From contig CAVYTU010000017.1 in assembly GCA_963771465.1 (NCBI GenBank), positions 512,001 through 576,000 on the forward strand: DNA of 64,000 nucleotides. Reading direction: 5' to 3'. Of this stretch, positions 59,278-64,000 are shown piece after piece (the stretch's first letter is position 1; every line of letters starts with the position of its first letter). The DNA is from an uncultured delta proteobacterium (GTDB lineage: Bacteria; Desulfobacterota; Binatia; UBA9968). Under the pieces are notes generated by a model. That model had not been told where the DNA came from, searched no databases, and was given only the letters and a program-made list of their open reading frames with translations. The translations under genes were made by a program, and so were the position numbers.

Positions 59278-60396
59278 GTGAAGAGATTATTGTTTTTGGC
59301 TTTGTTCTTCATCTACTGCTGGACGGGTTATTCTCGCGCTTTGGCCGCGGCCGCGTCGCCAAATCTGGCGAAGGCGAAACAAGACGCCGAATCGAAGGGC
59401 TTCGTTTTTTTTACCAGCAAGGATGAAATTGTCGCAAAGGCGAAGGAAGAAGCCAAGCTCGAAGCGCTGACGTTTCTCGAAGGCGCATCAAAGCGGGCGA
59501 TGATCGAGGCCTTTAGAAAAAAATATCCATTCATTCAGGTTACCGCGGAGGAAATCGGCGGCACGGATGAGTATCAGCGCTTCATTCTCGAGATGAAAGC
59601 GGGCCGGGCCAAGCGCTGGGATACGGTGCATATTTCGAATCAGGTTTACGCCGAGTATCCACCGTTCTTAAAAAAGTTCGACATCCTCGGCATGGCGGAG
59701 CAAGGTGTGCTTAATATCCCGGCGAAGGTAGTCGACTCCAATAACAGAAACATTGTCTCCAAGGGAACCCAGGTCGCTGTCGCGGCGTACAATAAGAAGC
59801 TGATCGCCGCGGATAAAGTTCCCACGACATGGGAAGGTTTTCTCAAGCCGGAGTTTAAAGGACGAAAATTCGTCGTCGATGTCCGGCCATTGTCCGTGGC
59901 CAACTTAGTACCGGCCTGGGGCCTAGAGAAAACTTTGGATTTCGCGCGCAAAATCGCTGAGCAAAAACCCGTCTGGGTTCGCGGCAGCCGAACGCTGGCG
60001 TCAATGGCGCTGGGAGAATATTCCCTCTTCATGGGGCTGAACGTTTCGAGCGTTCTTGAGGCGCAAGCAAAAGACTTGAACAAGAGCTTAGAATTGCAAT
60101 TTCTAGAGCCCGTGCCGGTGCGCTTTGGCGCCGCCGACGGAGTTTTTAGCATAGCTGTTCATCCTCATGCGGCGCTTCTGTGGATGGAGTTTCAAGTCTC
60201 CACCGAAGGCCAGGAGATTCTCGACAAATACGGTCCCGCTGACGGCTCCGTCTATGTTGCCGGCTCGCAATTGCATACGATGATTCGTGGTAGACCCCTG
60301 TCATCGCTGACTTGGGATTTGCAGAAAAATCTCGACCAATGGGTCAAACGCATCGTCGAGGCCTATGGTTTCCCGAGCGCGGAAAAGGGAACGTGA
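59278..60396 (+). CDS. Extracellular solute-binding protein (AfuA-like cluster)
   Basis: GTG start after GGAGG; signal peptide; PTTWEGFLKPEFKGRK and HPHAALLW motifs. Confidence 0.85.
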   Translation: MKRLLFLALFFIYCWTGYSRALAAAASPNLAKAKQDAESKGFVFFTSKDEIVAKAKEEAKLEALTFLEGASKRAMIEAFRKKYPFIQVTAEEIGGTDEYQRFILEMKAGRAKRWDTVHISNQVYAEYPPFLKKFDILGMAEQGVLNIPAKVVDSNNRNIVSKGTQVAVAAYNKKLIAADKVPTTWEGFLKPEFKGRKFVVDVRPLSVANLVPAWGLEKTLDFARKIAEQKPVWVRGSRTLASMALGEYSLFMGLNVSSVLEAQAKDLNKSLELQFLEPVPVRFGAADGVFSIAVHPHAALLWMEFQVSTEGQEILDKYGPADGSVYVAGSQLHTMIRGRPLSSLTWDLQKNLDQWVKRIVEAYGFPSAEKGT

Positions 60397-60438
60397 GCGA
60401 TGCAAAATTCTTCAGCGTAAGCGAAGGAGGAAAGTTCG

Positions 60439-61627
60439 ATGGCGGATTTCAAACTTATCTCAGCTGATGGTCACTTGAATGACCCGCCGGAAGCGTGGCA
60501 CCGAGTGCAAAAAGAGTATGGCGACCGCGCGCCGAAAGTGGTCGAAAACTTCGACGGTAAAAAGGGACTATGGCTGGTGACCGAAGGATTGAAACCATCG
60601 CCTTGCTACAATCCCTCCGTCGGTTTTCTCGTCGGCAAACCTGAAGGTGTCACCGGCATGTCGGTCGATCAAGTCGACGACGCAACGATCAGCGGCTTTC
60701 GCGAGAGCTTTCGCTATGAGGATCATCCCGGCTCCTGGCAGCCGGCGGTGCGGGTGAAAGAACAAGACCGCGACGGCGTCGAGGCGGAGGTGCTATTTTC
60801 CAGTTGGGCGCGGATTTTTTACGTGCTCACCGATGCGGCTTTTCAGCGCGCCTGTTTTCGCTCTTATAATTTTTGGCTGCACGATTTTTGCCAGCAGAGC
60901 CCCAAGCGGCTGATCGGTATTCCGCTGCTCTCGATCATCGATCCCGAGCAGGCCGCGCAGGATATCCACGAGTACGCCAAGATGGGTTTCAAAGGCGTGC
61001 AGATTCCGCCTGGCATAAAAGGCGATGCCTACTACAATCCGATCTACCAACCGATTTGGAATGCCGCGGAAGAGACCGGCATGCTGATGGTCATTCACTC
61101 CGGGACAGCTCCAAGGCGGCGCGTCGCGCCGTTGGTTTGAAAAGCTCAACAGCGCCGACGAGTGGCCGGGTTTCTTTCAGCACTCGCGCCAGACGGTGAT
61201 CAAGACCGTGATCGGCCAGATGATTTTCTCGGGTTTGTTCGACCGCCATCCTAAGCTCAAAGTGATTTGCACCGAGTTTGAAGCCGGCTGGGTGGGAATC
61301 ATCGTCCAACAGGTCGATTATCAGTACGGACCGAAGAAGACGGCCCACGGCACTCAGCTCGGCGACGATCTGCGATTGCAGTTACCGCCGAGCGAATATT
61401 TTACTCGCAATCTCTGGTTCACATTCATGGATGATCGCGCCGCCGTATTGACCACGCCGATCTATGGCGAGGATAACTTTATGTGGGCGAGCGACTATCC
61501 GCACGCGGCATGCACCTGGCCATACTCGCATCAGATCGCCGAGAAGACGTTCGCTGGTGCTAGTGATGTGACGAAGCGCAAGCTATGCCGCGATAACGTC
61601 AATCAGGTGTACCATTTAGGTTTATAG
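60439..61627 (+). CDS. Amidohydrolase_2 family protein; one-base frameshift at about 61102-61104
   Basis: ISADGH, DRDGVEAEVLF, FDRHPKL and MWASDYPH motifs; removing one G from CCGGGAC gives HSGQLQGGASRRWFEK...TVIKTVIG. Confidence 0.88.
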
Positions 61628-61662
61628 GTTCGACCGGTCACTAAAAGGATGAGAGGAAAAAC

Positions 61663-62022
61663 ATGGCGCGAATAGTTCATCTCGCAATGAGAGTAGAAGA
61701 TATCGACAAGGCCAGTGAATTTTACAGCAAGGTATTTGGTTTCAAACCGGTCACAGTTCCGGGACTGAGAAGCACAGTACGCTATCTCACCGACGGCACG
61801 GTGCATATCGCCATCAATCAAATCCGCAGCGGTAAAAATGAGCAGCCGGCCATCGATCACTTCGGTGTCGAAGTGGAAAGCGTGGAAAAGTGCATCGCCG
61901 AAGTCAGCAAATTTGGCTGCAAGGTCGTGAGCGAACCCGGTAAAGTCGTGAAGTTCAGCGCGCCGGGCGGGATCATCGTCGAAGCGGTGCCGGCCGGCAC
62001 GAAGCCCGGCATCGGCGACTAA
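61663..62022 (+). CDS. VOC family protein
   Basis: RIVHLAM, YLTDG, IDHFGVEV and KFSAPGG motifs. Confidence 0.9.
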   Translation: MARIVHLAMRVEDIDKASEFYSKVFGFKPVTVPGLRSTVRYLTDGTVHIAINQIRSGKNEQPAIDHFGVEVESVEKCIAEVSKFGCKVVSEPGKVVKFSAPGGIIVEAVPAGTKPGIGD

Positions 62023-62057
62023 GCGCTTCTCGACCGGCAGTTCGTTTGAGCGACTTG

Positions 62058-62156
62058 TCACGCCAATCCTAACAACATGGCGGCATTGCCACCGAGGACT
62101 TTTTCCTCGGCCTCGGTCGAGAGCCCATCGACCGCGTTGATCACGGGAACCTGATC
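62058..62156 (-). pseudogene. 3' remnant of an amidohydrolase gene
   Basis: Reads DQVPVINAVDGLSTEAEEKVLGGNAAMLLGLA*, like the C-terminus of the neighbouring gene (LSDDHKEMIFGGNAAALFKI). Confidence 0.6.
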
Positions 62157-62216
62157 GCATCGTCGCCCAGCTCGCTTGGGCGATGGAAGTCTCCAAGGGA
62201 TTACCTATGAGATTTC

Positions 62217-62292
62217 CTCTTTGCGTTCTTTGCGGTTAAAACTTTTTCTTCGTTGCTTTCCGCATCGCCTCAGTGCGCTCTCTGCGGTCAAA
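62217..62292. repeat. Two imperfect direct copies of a CTCNNTGCGYTCTYTGCGGTYAAA motif
   Basis: ctctttgcgttctttgcggttaaa (62217-62240) and ctcagtgcgctctctgcggtcaaa (62269-62292). Confidence 0.6.
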
Positions 62293-63297
62293 TAATTGTG
62301 CCGATCTTGAAAAGCGCCGCGGCGTTGCCGCCGAAGATCATCTCTTTGTGGTCATCTGATAAATGGGGTAGGGAGGCGATGGGCTCGACTGGGTTCTTGT
62401 CGCCCATATCAAAAGGGTAGTCGCTTCCCATCATCACCCGCGGTGCGCCGACGGTCTCGACCAGATAGTTGAGCGCCGGCACGGAATGGACCAGCGAATC
62501 GAAGCAGAGCAACCGAAAGTATTCACTGGGCGGCCGATCGATATTTGCCCGTGCCTCGGGCCGCACCTGCCAGCCATGTTCCCAGCGGCCGCGAATGAAG
62601 GGGCAGGAGCCGCCGCCGTGGGCAAGATAGAACTTCAAGCGGGGGAACTCTTTGAGAACGCCGCCGAAGATCAGGCTCGCGGCGGCCACCGCGGTGTCGG
62701 TTGGGTTGCCGATCAAGTTTTGCAGGTGATAGGCGCTGAGCCGCTGGCCTCCCAGAATGTTTGACGGATGAATGAAGACCGGCACGTCGAGCTCGTGCAG
62801 CTTGGCATAAAAAGGCGCGAAGCTTTTGTCATCGAGATTCTTGCCGTTCACGTTGCTGCAAATTTCTGCGCCGCTGAGTCCCAGCTCGCGCACCGAGCGT
62901 TCCAACTCGCGCGCCGCCATCTGCGGGTCCTGCATCGGCAGGTTGGCAAGCGCGATGAAACGTGTGGGATGATCGTTGACGGTTTGAGCAAATGCGTTGT
63001 TAATTTTCCGGCACAGCTCGAGACTCTGAGCGGCATCGATGCCGTAGAAGAATAAGAACGGCGGAACCGATAGCACCTGCATGTCCACCCATTGGGCTGC
63101 CATTTCCTTAGCCTGCGTTCGATGCTGTAGATCTGCGGCGGATCGAAGCCGATGTTGTGGGCATTGTTGGTATAGGCGACCTGACGAGCGCCGTCTTGAA
63201 TGATGCGCAGGCCTTGGATACGCCCGTCGGTTCCCTTCACTTCCATATCCTGTAAGCAGCGCTCTGGAACATAGTGCGCGTGAACGTCGATCTTCAT
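62288..63297 (-). CDS. Amidohydrolase_2 family protein (ACMSD-like decarboxylase/hydratase); one-base frameshift at about 63108
   Basis: IDVHAH, FIHP, LAHGGG and MGSDYPFDM motifs; adding one A gives ERRLKEMAAQWVD. Confidence 0.88.
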
Positions 63298-63374
63298 ATT
63301 GCGATCCTTTCTTTCGAAAACCGCCAAGGTCAATTTGCCGCGATTAATTCATGTGTACCTCATGGATTCTCTTA

Positions 63375-64000
63375 TTATTCTTGTCGGCTCAACCGGCTGA
63401 CGAGCCATCTGCCGCTAACGGTAATGACGGCCAGAGCGACAATCAGCATGACGCCTAAAGCAGCGGTCGGGCCGGCAAGGCCTTGCTCCCACAGATCCCA
63501 CATGATGACCGACAACACCTTGCTGTTTCGGGTGCCCAGCATCAACGGAATCGAGAAGGAGCGCAGCGAGTGGGACGCGACCCATATCCAGCCGCTGATG
63601 AATGCCGGCAATACTAGCGGAAGCATGATGCCGCGAAGAATCCTGCCCCAGGTCGCGCCCGAGACTTCAGCCGCTTCTTCCAATTCCTTGTGAACTTGGA
63701 TCAACGCACCGTTCATGGTCCTGGAGCCGAAGGCGATGTAGCTCGCCGTGAGACCGATGGTGATGAGCCAAATCGTTCCGTAGATCGGCAGGTAACTCAG
63801 CGGCGGCTGGAGGTAAAGAATGATCAGCGCCAGCGCGATGACCACGCCCGGAATCGCATGGGGCAAGAAGGTCAGCCCATCGAGCAGAGATCGGCCCGTT
63901 GACTTTCCCCGCACGATCACCCAGGCGACGACAAGCGAGAGAATCATCGTCACGGTCGCGGTAGCGGCGCCGACGATGATCGAGTTGACCAGCGCCTGAA
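63375..64000 (-). CDS. ABC transporter permease (Fe3+/FbpB-like), 5' end beyond the window
   Basis: LPHAIPGVVIA and EAA loop ELEEAAEVSGA; frame open to the window edge. Confidence 0.88.
   Translation of the reverse strand, partial: QALVNSIIVGAATATVTMILSLVVAWVIVRGKSTGRSLLDGLTFLPHAIPGVVIALALIILYLQPPLSYLPIYGTIWLITIGLTASYIAFGSRTMNGALIQVHKELEEAAEVSGATWGRILRGIMLPLVLPAFISGWIWVASHSLRSFSIPLMLGTRNSKVLSVIMWDLWEQGLAGPTAALGVMLIVALAVITVSGRWLVSRLSRQE

Overview
Gene-dense, roughly 55-60% GC bacterial chromosome segment. Its content (many orphan solute-binding proteins, VOC, cupin, amidohydrolase, MmgE/PrpD and UbiD genes) resembles Candidatus Binatia or other soil 'Deltaproteobacteria' MAGs, but that taxonomy is inference. 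It holds about 64 CDS: a modABC operon with an HTH-PBP regulator, two molybdoenzymes, glycosyltransferases, four MFS transporters, 14 solute-binding proteins and many uncharacterised catabolic enzymes. I saw no rRNA, tRNA, CRISPR array or transposase. Two features stand out. (1) A tightly packed four-gene operon (14314-17059, minus strand) encodes a nucleotidyltransferase-fold protein, a TIGR04222-type membrane protein ending in a six-Cys Ser/Gly tail, a DUF692/MNIO enzyme and a small helical partner; it is a candidate membrane-tethered RiPP-like or metal-handling system. (2) A peroxiredoxin-like selenoprotein missed by the ORF track (51284-51826) has an in-frame UGA in RHLA-U-LPC and a SECIS-like hairpin right after it. 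Also noted: two probable ATT starts, TAXI-like proteins without signal peptides, racemase-fold proteins lacking the catalytic Cys pair, several short intergenic repeat families, gene remnants, and homopolymer frameshifts that look like long-read errors.
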